Under the pieces are notes generated by a model. The model did not search any database and was not told where the DNA came from. It worked only from the letters and a program-made list of their open reading frames with translations. This document shows, piece by piece, positions 45,866-54,027 of a stretch of DNA of 64,000 nt. The stretch's first letter is position 1, and each line of letters opens with the position of its first letter. The DNA lies in IMG/VR virus record IMGVR_UViG_3300021962_000055, positions 1 to 64,000 of that record; one strand, written 5' to 3'. The stretch is from a virus. A program made the translations under genes and the position numbers.

Positions 45866-45897
45866 AAAAAGCCCCTGGTTTGCACCGGGGGCTTTTT
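45866..45897. terminator. bidirectional intrinsic terminator
   Basis: AAAAA-GCCCCTGGT-ttgc-ACCGGGGGC-TTTTT between convergent genes. Confidence 0.85.
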
Positions 45898-45965
45898 GTT
45901 GGGGTGGGGGAACCCCTAGGGCCCTAGCTCGCGTGGTAGCAGCTAGGTATGTAATGGTGAGAGTA

Positions 45966-46703
45966 TCAGGTGTGCTGTGACCTGACAACCAAATCCATGA
46001 TGTTTTTTAGAAGTTCTTCTGTACCGGTAAAGCCAAGTTCAGATCCGTCTTTCATCATGATTATGATGGTAGCCACCTCGGTGGATTCTTTGCTCGGCTC
46101 ATTGGAAAGCATGGTTACCGCTTCCTGCTTTGACTTGGGATCAAAACCCTTGTCCTTGGCCATGCGCTTTACCAGAGCCGTTGGCATCATTTCCAAGGTC
46201 TCTCGGTCATAGGCGGTGTCCCCAAGATCTGGAAGCTGGTCGTCAGTGACTTCATCGTCTTTGGGCATCTGCTCATCCTCATCAAAAATGATTGGTACCA
46301 ATCCATTGGTCAATTCCAACGTCGGCAACTTTAGGTTGATTGCTAGTTCTGCAAGTTTCATGGATTGAGCAACACGGTCCTCGTCCCAGAGCAAGAGGGC
46401 AAGCCCACGAACTTCACGAGAGTCGAGATCCTTAACAACAGATTCGTCTACGTCATCAACTACAACCACGTTGGTGGCTTTGGTGGCCAGCGCCTTTGGC
46501 ACCGACTTAACACCTTCCTTGGCGACGACACTAAACTCTGCCTCGTTGTCCAGAACCCAGTCATAGACAACCTCAAGACCCTGAGTTACTTTTCCGTACC
46601 AGGGGATGATGAACTGGCAAGACGCACCAATGTCGTTTAGACCCGCCTCGATTACTTTCTTTGGCGCAGACCCGGAGCCGATTACCCCGTATGTTTCTTT
46701 CAT
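45966..46703 (-). CDS. hypothetical protein (Rossmann-like N-terminus)
   Basis: YGVIGSG; AAGGAG RBS. Confidence 0.7.
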   Translation of the reverse strand: MKETYGVIGSGSAPKKVIEAGLNDIGASCQFIIPWYGKVTQGLEVVYDWVLDNEAEFSVVAKEGVKSVPKALATKATNVVVVDDVDESVVKDLDSREVRGLALLLWDEDRVAQSMKLAELAINLKLPTLELTNGLVPIIFDEDEQMPKDDEVTDDQLPDLGDTAYDRETLEMMPTALVKRMAKDKGFDPKSKQEAVTMLSNEPSKESTEVATIIIMMKDGSELGFTGTEELLKNIMDLVVRSQHT

Positions 46704-46712
46704 GGTTTCTCC

Positions 46713-46967
46713 TTAGCGTAGGCTTTTGCGTTGGAAGGAATCACCAGCCAACGTCATGCATCGTAACGCTGAGTGTACAGCTCCTGCAAGTGAGGCAACC
46801 GCCAAACCTGAAAGTTTTAAGTCGCCCACTCCACCAACCCACGCACCAAGGTATCCAAACAAAACACCGGCCAAGATTTTTACCCACGGCATTGGTTCTT
46901 TGGGTAGGAGGGCGTCAATAGTTTGCATGGTTTTGTATACCGCTAGTGAGACTACTAGTAGTTCCAT
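46713..46967 (-). CDS. small membrane protein (holin-like)
   Basis: Two to three hydrophobic helices, basic C-terminus. Confidence 0.5.
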   Translation of the reverse strand: MELLVVSLAVYKTMQTIDALLPKEPMPWVKILAGVLFGYLGAWVGGVGDLKLSGLAVASLAGAVHSALRCMTLAGDSFQRKSLR

Positions 46968-48728
46968 TTATACTCCTGGTATGTGGTTATAGGTGACAGA
47001 CCATCTAGGACTTGGCACTGCACCATTACTGTACACCGGAGACGTTCCAGTTGTTAGCTCGGTTACAGGCAATAGTTGGGGAATAAGCCTGGTTACAACG
47101 GCTCGAGTTTTTTGGTAGTTCGAGTTGTATACAGAAAAGTTTTCGATAGGTAGTCCTGGTGATGCGCCATTTGGAGCAGCAGGGTTGTACCAGCGATAAT
47201 CAGAAATGGTGTTGCCATCGACTAACCATCCGCCAAAAGTGGTGTCCCCATCAAAGAACAACCCACCAACCTGACGCTCCAAAAGCATCCTGCTAAAGTG
47301 CTGTGGTGCGTCAACTGTTGACAGTTGAAAAATTGATAGATACATATTGGTGTAGGCAGTAACACTGTCTGGTACGGTAAGCCCCCAGTATTTGATACCA
47401 CCCAATGTTGTTGATGTTGCTTGGCTGGCAACTAGCGTTGCAGATGCACCGCCATATGGGGCCCCGCTGTACAACTCCACTTTAGTTACACTCTCTTGAG
47501 CCAGAGATCCCAATCCTGATTGAACTGAGAAATATAGGGTATCCCCACCCTTGGCTCTGATATACCCTGAGGTTGTTTGTAAAACATTTACAGAACCACC
47601 AGAAGAAAGATCGGGGTCGTAAGACCATAGTTCATTGCCGATGACCGTTCCACCTGTTGCAGATGGGGTACCGCCACTGTAGGTGGTAGTGAACGACGCG
47701 GTGCCGGGCACGCCAGAATCAATCTGCAAAGAAAACACTGTCGAGCTTGGGGACCCTGCATCAAACAAACTGGAGAGAACTCTTGTAAGGTTCGGATCTT
47801 TTAGAAGGTTTACCCTTTGAGCATAGACCTTAATAGTGTTTGTAGCGTAATCAAACTCAATGTCAGAGCCGGTGATGGCTTGTAGGGCCAGCTCAATAGA
47901 GGTAGCCGTACCCTCACTCCTGCGTAGATACCCAATTATATCCAGCAGAGATCGAAGACGTGATGCACCCAGTTCCCTCGATTGCAGATCAACACCAAGA
48001 TCCTGAGCAAGATAATCCAGTACTTCGCTATCTGCTACTTGTGGGTCTTTGCACGAGATAACGTAATCAATGGTCGTACGCACTCGATCAATTTCAAATC
48101 CAAAGATACTAAGGTATCTTTCTAGAGGACCACCAGAACCTTCATCTAAATCGGAGTCCAACAGTCTGTAGTGCTCTGGTATTTTTTTAAACAGATCTTT
48201 GGCTGACCCATAGTTTTTGGGGGAAAGAACTGAAATGGTGGCTGCCGGTTCATAGTAAAGATCGCCATCGCGTGATTCAAACTTTACAAATAAAGTGTAG
48301 TAAGCCCACTTACCAGGGGTTACATAGTGTGTGTATTCGCGTGTTCGGTTATCAAACATTAGTGTTTGCCCGTCACTGATTGTTTCAGGTTCTCCTGACT
48401 CGGAATACACAAGTACCAAGACAGTTGGTACAACCGTGTAAGGAGAAACAACCGTTGTTAGATCAACCAGGGGCGCATCCCAGGAAAGGTGGTTTTCTCC
48501 ATAGTCAACAACAGATACATCAAAAAAAGAAACAAACGAAAGAAGACCGCCAGAAGAAACAGGGGTGTCCAAGATCGGCGCTACTAGAATGCCGTCTGCT
48601 TTTAATTTGGTGTCATCGTCTGCACGTACTGCCAAACCAACCGATGCTGCCGCTGACCCAGATGGATACTGGGTGTAAGAGCCATAGTTTGGCGTTATTT
48701 TTTGTAGCGTAAATGATTTACGTGCCAT
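46968..48728 (-). CDS. baseplate protein (P2 gpI-like domain)
   Basis: IP..YR..D, L.RYL.IFGFE.D, L.YLA..LG, EGT...I; follows the baseplate J-like gene. Confidence 0.75.
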   Translation of the reverse strand: MARKSFTLQKITPNYGSYTQYPSGSAAASVGLAVRADDDTKLKADGILVAPILDTPVSSGGLLSFVSFFDVSVVDYGENHLSWDAPLVDLTTVVSPYTVVPTVLVLVYSESGEPETISDGQTLMFDNRTREYTHYVTPGKWAYYTLFVKFESRDGDLYYEPAATISVLSPKNYGSAKDLFKKIPEHYRLLDSDLDEGSGGPLERYLSIFGFEIDRVRTTIDYVISCKDPQVADSEVLDYLAQDLGVDLQSRELGASRLRSLLDIIGYLRRSEGTATSIELALQAITGSDIEFDYATNTIKVYAQRVNLLKDPNLTRVLSSLFDAGSPSSTVFSLQIDSGVPGTASFTTTYSGGTPSATGGTVIGNELWSYDPDLSSGGSVNVLQTTSGYIRAKGGDTLYFSVQSGLGSLAQESVTKVELYSGAPYGGASATLVASQATSTTLGGIKYWGLTVPDSVTAYTNMYLSIFQLSTVDAPQHFSRMLLERQVGGLFFDGDTTFGGWLVDGNTISDYRWYNPAAPNGASPGLPIENFSVYNSNYQKTRAVVTRLIPQLLPVTELTTGTSPVYSNGAVPSPRWSVTYNHIPGV

Positions 48729-48729
48729 A

Positions 48730-50181
48730 TCACACCGATGTGGTTATACCACCAGAGGTGGTGATTGTGTAAGAGCCCTTACGGATCAGTTGAACGTTTG
48801 TTGGTGAACTTCCACCTAATGTTACGGTCGCGTATTCAACACCCTCTACATTGTGTATTGCCCTATAGATATCACCAATTTTAATGTCTACACCAAACTG
48901 AATCCTCGGCAATTCAAACAGGGCATCTAACGCCCTTTCAACGGCTCTTTGTACAGATACTGCTACGTAGCTTTCTTGTACGTAAACAGTTGCGGTAATT
49001 GTTTTTGGAACTAAAGTTATTGAACTCTCAGCAACAACTGTTACCCCAAGAGTAGATAGTGGTTGAATCAATGCCTCAATCTCATCTTGGACAGTACTAG
49101 TTACTGCTACTGAGTTTGATGTGTAACTTGTGTATTCAGAAATATAAGGCATTCCATACACAGATACGCTTCCCCCACCACCGCCTGAAGCGTTTGGCGT
49201 ATAGGCCACTACAGCTTTGTATACACTAGGTACCCGAAGAGCCAGGTCAACATAATCTTGAAGTGTTACCGCTCGGTCTTGTGACCTAATCATTGCTTTT
49301 AATGAGCTCTTAATTGAGTCGACAGTTTCACCATTACTGCCACCAGTAGCAGTTGTTGACGAAACAACTGCTAGTCCTACTGGCTGAGTAGTTTTAAACG
49401 CTGATATTTTGTTTTGTCCAACGTTCCCACTACCACCAGAGGTGGTGTTGTAGGTTGCAGTTATTTTGGTGTTTGTTGCTGGGATGCGTCCGCTTAAGCG
49501 GTTACCAAACAAAACTTGTGTTTCATTGTCAGCATTTACGATTACTGAATAAACACTGTTACCTGAATTACTAAGGGATATATTTGGTACTGGGTTCCAC
49601 GCGGTTGGGTCTATACCGTTTTCATACACATAAACCTGCACGGATGACGGAACGGCATTTGTTTTTGATAGCGAGTATTTTTGGTTTACTTGCCCATTTG
49701 CCGAAGTAGTCAATACTTCTTCTATAACTTTTTTACCTTCTGTAACTAAAACTCCTACAGTTTGACCAGCCAACACCGTTGTCTCTTGGTTTGAAAAGAA
49801 CTCGTACTGAGATCCATCGCTAATTGCAACAAACACCGTTCCGGCGGCTAGTGAAACGGATGCCGACGATGAGTTGGAAACATACACAGTAGCGGTAGCA
49901 GATGAACGATTAAACGGGGTGTAGTCAAATAGGTTGGCCAATGCCAACACGCTTTCACGTTGAGTGGCAGTTGTAATAAAAGCCTCGCCAGCAGCACGGT
50001 CAACGTAATAATGTAGGACGTCACCCATGTAAGCCCATAGGTCAACAAAAAGCATTCCAAAATCAGACGGGTCCCTATCGGTCCAGTCTGGAACAACACG
50101 TGATGCACGGGCCAACAAATCACGACGAATGTTTTCGTAATCGCGGCTAGCAAAGTCAAAACCTGGGGTTCCTAAAGGCAT
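48730..50181 (-). CDS. baseplate wedge protein (J/gp6-like)
   Basis: RDYE.IR, PDWTD.DPSDFG, FG...G.IP, GG...E, RAVT..DY. Confidence 0.9.
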   Translation of the reverse strand: MPLGTPGFDFASRDYENIRRDLLARASRVVPDWTDRDPSDFGMLFVDLWAYMGDVLHYYVDRAAGEAFITTATQRESVLALANLFDYTPFNRSSATATVYVSNSSSASVSLAAGTVFVAISDGSQYEFFSNQETTVLAGQTVGVLVTEGKKVIEEVLTTSANGQVNQKYSLSKTNAVPSSVQVYVYENGIDPTAWNPVPNISLSNSGNSVYSVIVNADNETQVLFGNRLSGRIPATNTKITATYNTTSGGSGNVGQNKISAFKTTQPVGLAVVSSTTATGGSNGETVDSIKSSLKAMIRSQDRAVTLQDYVDLALRVPSVYKAVVAYTPNASGGGGGSVSVYGMPYISEYTSYTSNSVAVTSTVQDEIEALIQPLSTLGVTVVAESSITLVPKTITATVYVQESYVAVSVQRAVERALDALFELPRIQFGVDIKIGDIYRAIHNVEGVEYATVTLGGSSPTNVQLIRKGSYTITTSGGITTSV

Positions 50182-50189
50182 TGTTACTC

Positions 50190-50600
50190 CTAGATCGGGC
50201 TGTCTTCGGCAGTTACACCGGGTACGGCTACGTTAAATGCTACAACCTGGGGAGCCCCAAGTGGTAGACGATAAACAATTGTGATGGCCAGTGTCGTGTC
50301 TTGGTTCCCAAATGCAGCGACACTGTAGGATGGGGCTAGTCGAATATCGAGAATAGAAACTCGGCTTATACTGTTTGACATTTCCTGCTTAGCGTCGATT
50401 ACAAAGTCAGCAATAGACAATTCGTCAATCGGTTCAAATAGCAGTTGTCTGACACCAGCGCCATACCGATGGTTCATAACACGTTCGTACTTGCTGGTTG
50501 TAGCAACATTTATGATTTTTTGCTCAGCCACAACTGTTGGGGATGAGGTTGTTACAACCCGTCCTCCCGAAAATGAAAAAGGAACTTTTATTGACTTCAC
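50190..50600 (-). CDS. baseplate wedge gp25/GPW-like protein
   Basis: PF.F, T...ERVM...YG.....LFEP. Confidence 0.85.
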   Translation of the reverse strand: MKSIKVPFSFSGGRVVTTSSPTVVAEQKIINVATTSKYERVMNHRYGAGVRQLLFEPIDELSIADFVIDAKQEMSNSISRVSILDIRLAPSYSVAAFGNQDTTLAITIVYRLPLGAPQVVAFNVAVPGVTAEDSPI

Positions 50601-50848
50601 GCCGACCCTCCGTCAAGACCTGCGGTTGCAGAATACCCAGAGTTTACTATATGTATGTTTGACACTTTTTCATCTTCAACAGCAACTAACACTTGGTCTC
50701 CTGTGGTTAAAGGCCCGTAAGAAATGTTACGTGATAGTTGTACTGACACGGCGTTACCTAGTAACGAAGGGATCTTTACGTACACCGCATCATTTGATGA
50801 ATACGCAACGACAGCACGATAGACGCACATTCCGTCATACATATTCAA
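50597..50848 (-). CDS. baseplate spike OB-fold-like protein
   Basis: YRAVV, VKIP.L, GDQV.VA.E. Confidence 0.6.
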   Translation of the reverse strand: MNMYDGMCVYRAVVAYSSNDAVYVKIPSLLGNAVSVQLSRNISYGPLTTGDQVLVAVEDEKVSNIHIVNSGYSATAGLDGGSA

Positions 50849-52001
50849 CCACCCTTTCTACTGATGTTTTCCACTCTCCATTTACGTATTTTGCAGGTGG
50901 TGGCGAATCAAACAATTCAGTGGGAGGGATTATGTATTCACTAGTTAAGTTAAAGTCCCTTGATATATCAAGGGTTGAAATACAACTAGATCCACCAATG
51001 GTGTGTTTAACAGAGTTAACATACCATAATCCTTCAAACTTTGCTCCGTAACCCGTGACCTCAACAACCCCACCAGGAACGGTGCCAATTGCTGCGTGTA
51101 CATCAAGGATTGCATTAAACGGTAAGTTTTTACGTATCTTTGCCCCGATTATCTTTTCAGACTCTATAACAGAGTTGGAGGATGTAGAGAGAGCAGATGT
51201 GTATTTTGATCGGTGCCCAACACCAGACCACGACATTTCAGACGATAGGTGGTCTCCTGTAGAGGTTACGGATACACCAGCGTTATCTAGAGAATCAACT
51301 TGGTAATTCCAAGAAACTCCATCCGGTGTTAAATACCCAAAGCTTCCGTGAAATTTTAAGATACCCCCAGGTTGCGGTGATGTTACCGTGTTGGGACTGA
51401 CCAAGGTTTCGAATGAGGGTCGTCTACCAATTGCCTTAAACGGGTCCCATATATGCATGTGGGTTCCATGAACAGTAAACGAGTACCCGTAGGTGTCACA
51501 GAACCACGACAGGAACTCCCAATCTGATTTTTTTGCTTGAGCAATCTGGGGAATTGAAAACCCGTCGTTGACTACGTCGACACTAAATCCGTATTTGTCA
51601 GACATCTCTTTGGCGATAGACACCACTGAGCAGTTTTCCCATATCCTAGAGTTGGTGCTTTTCATGTTAATTGAAGCACCAAAACAAACAATGTTCGCCA
51701 TTTGAAACTGGCTTCCATTTACAACTTGCCCACCGGCTGAATATTCGGGCTCAATGTATAAAACGTAACCATAAAACTCAAACTTGCGTCCTGTACCCAA
51801 AACAGCTGTGACTCTTACGGGTGCATCAATATAGTCCGTAATAGCTTTAGCTGGTATACCAGCCATTTGTAATGACAACATGTCATGCTTGTTGGCTGAT
51901 AGGCTTAACGTAAGCTTGCTAATTGACAGGTAATTGACTTCAGATTCACCAATGTCAATAGACACTTTGGGAGATAGCGGACTTCCGCTATTGATAATCA
52001 T
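50835..52001 (-). CDS. baseplate hub (gpD/gp27-like)
   Basis: F.GYV, Q...SDWEFL, G.WYV..V.H. Confidence 0.8.
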   Translation of the reverse strand: MIINSGSPLSPKVSIDIGESEVNYLSISKLTLSLSANKHDMLSLQMAGIPAKAITDYIDAPVRVTAVLGTGRKFEFYGYVLYIEPEYSAGGQVVNGSQFQMANIVCFGASINMKSTNSRIWENCSVVSIAKEMSDKYGFSVDVVNDGFSIPQIAQAKKSDWEFLSWFCDTYGYSFTVHGTHMHIWDPFKAIGRRPSFETLVSPNTVTSPQPGGILKFHGSFGYLTPDGVSWNYQVDSLDNAGVSVTSTGDHLSSEMSWSGVGHRSKYTSALSTSSNSVIESEKIIGAKIRKNLPFNAILDVHAAIGTVPGGVVEVTGYGAKFEGLWYVNSVKHTIGGSSCISTLDISRDFNLTSEYIIPPTELFDSPPPAKYVNGEWKTSVERVVEYV

Positions 52002-52240
52002 CGAGGAATCCTCAACAGCGTCCCTGTTGGTATGGTGTCAGGCCATTGCACTTGCGGGTTGATGTCAGCTATTTCCCAATACCTAGAACCGTCATTTAAA
52101 ACCCTTGCAGCAATGTTTGCAAAGGTTTCACCATCTTTTGTTATGTACTGGTAATACGAAGTAGCTTCTCCAGCTACACGGGAAGCAATAATCCCACCAT
52201 GATAACTACGGTATCTGCTTGAAGTTCTGTAAACGGCCAT
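51998..52240 (-). CDS. LysM/tail-X-like baseplate protein
   Basis: GET...IA.....D...YW.IADINP.....IP.G..LRIP. Confidence 0.8.
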   Translation of the reverse strand: MAVYRTSSRYRSYHGGIIASRVAGEATSYYQYITKDGETFANIAARVLNDGSRYWEIADINPQVQWPDTIPTGTLLRIPR

Positions 52241-54027
52241 CACGCACCTGACCATGTGAGCGCAAGCCTCTGCGCCCCTATTGACTGGTTCCCTTGAACA
52301 ACACCCTTATTAGTCGCACTGGCGGTCAAATTAACCCCAGATGTCGTAGTGGCCGTAAGGTCTACAGTCACTTCAAAAATGTAATAAGAGTTTTTAATAG
52401 AGGACGGCACATCATTTCTTGTGCTAGCGTTAAACCGGCTAGATGATTCATTTGGGATGTCTTTGTTATCGGTGCTCGTGTGTATGGATCTACGTCTTAT
52501 ACGTGCTCCACTGGCTCCAGATCCAGATGTACCGGCACCCCACTCAGACTTACTTGCAGCTGTTTCACTTTTAGTAAACGACCCCATCTGTACAACACCT
52601 GAAGAGCTTTCTTTGTAAGTGTTGTTGTTTAACAAAGAAGTTGCCTCTGATTGGGTTAACCCTACTGACCCTGATCGTTTCCCGTACATAGAAAGTTTTG
52701 TTGTGTAACTAATCGTTATACCTGCATCTGCCTCAAACAATTTAAGAATGTCGTCGTCATCAGCACCGGTTCTGGTGCGTTCACCAGTTTCTGCGTCGTC
52801 GACGTCTTCTCCACCTCTAATTGCCCGTACTTTATCGAACCCCATGAAAAGGGCTCTACCAGTAGAATCGTTTGTAAAGCCAGCCGAGTCATTAACAACA
52901 TAGACCCAAGCCCCGTTATCGTCTATCTTGTTGTTGAATGCATCGTCGATATCTTTTTCGCTGTCTTCATATTCAACAGTAAACACTGCCGTAAAGCTGC
53001 TACCGGTAGTTGACAAAGCCTTCAATAGTTCTTTCTTTTCCCCTTCTTTGGCAGCGTCTTCTTGTTGCTTAGCCACCGCAGCACTTTTAAATTGCTTGGT
53101 AAGGAAAGTGTCTTGTTGAGCAAATCCAATGTACATGGCGCTCATAGACAAGTACACCTTGCACTGCAGGGGTACCATGTTCGTGTTGAACTTGAGAAAC
53201 TCAACTTTAGACGCGGTAATAAACCCATCTAACATGAACAAGCTTGAAAACATAACACGTACTGGGTTTGGCATCAAGAAAGCTGAGTTGCCAAAGTTTG
53301 CTTTCATAATCTCAGTTGCGGCAACGTCGTCAACTACCAGACCAGCGTCATCTGTTGTTGTAGAATCTTCTCCGTCGTCCTCCCCATCATCCTCTCCGTC
53401 AGTAGAGGGTTCTGGTTGTTGATTGTTATATACGCTACTGGCATTTGTTTTCAACGACGCCAACTGCCAGTTAAGCATCTCAGCTGAGAAACCTTGCCCA
53501 ATAACAGAATACAAGACCCGCAGGTCTGACATTACGCCAATGTCATACACATCCTTTGAGTCGTAATCACCCTTAACGTCGGCAGCGGGGTTGCTATTGG
53601 GGTCAGAAAATCGGCTATTACCAGCCGCAACTTCAGCAGACCTATCAAACAATAAGTCAAACTGAAAGTTCATAACAGCCCCCACTGGTTGGGCCAACTG
53701 CTCCGGAGTTTGCAAGATTGACAAATACATGTCTTCTCGCATTGCAACGTTTTGTTGAATATCTTGTGGGTTAAATTGAAAGTTGCACCGACTAATTGGA
53801 ACACCTTCTCCTAAAGCTGGTTGTTCTAAGTTGCGTATGTACCCTCTATGCAACCTGTAATTGCCCCCAGCTACAGCCTGCTCATGCCCCCGAGCCGCTA
53901 GGGCGTGTTCAGCTTCAAGAAATCTAATACTACGGCTGGGGTATATAAAGGGTGGGTTTGTTATTCCCGTAGCTGATTTTTGCTCGTTCCAGTTAACACC
54001 AAAATCTCCGTCCTCACGGTAACCCAT
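52240..54027 (-). CDS. tail tube initiator / minor tail protein
   Basis: FQFNP..I, F.LLFDR; position after the tape measure gene. Confidence 0.65.
   Translation of the reverse strand: MGYREDGDFGVNWNEQKSATGITNPPFIYPSRSIRFLEAEHALAARGHEQAVAGGNYRLHRGYIRNLEQPALGEGVPISRCNFQFNPQDIQQNVAMREDMYLSILQTPEQLAQPVGAVMNFQFDLLFDRSAEVAAGNSRFSDPNSNPAADVKGDYDSKDVYDIGVMSDLRVLYSVIGQGFSAEMLNWQLASLKTNASSVYNNQQPEPSTDGEDDGEDDGEDSTTTDDAGLVVDDVAATEIMKANFGNSAFLMPNPVRVMFSSLFMLDGFITASKVEFLKFNTNMVPLQCKVYLSMSAMYIGFAQQDTFLTKQFKSAAVAKQQEDAAKEGEKKELLKALSTTGSSFTAVFTVEYEDSEKDIDDAFNNKIDDNGAWVYVVNDSAGFTNDSTGRALFMGFDKVRAIRGGEDVDDAETGERTRTGADDDDILKLFEADAGITISYTTKLSMYGKRSGSVGLTQSEATSLLNNNTYKESSSGVVQMGSFTKSETAASKSEWGAGTSGSGASGARIRRRSIHTSTDNKDIPNESSSRFNASTRNDVPSSIKNSYYIFEVTVDLTATTTSGVNLTASATNKGVVQGNQSIGAQRLALTWSGA

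Noticed and set aside
53365-53402. DGED tandem repeat
   Set aside because: Ordinary acidic low-complexity linker
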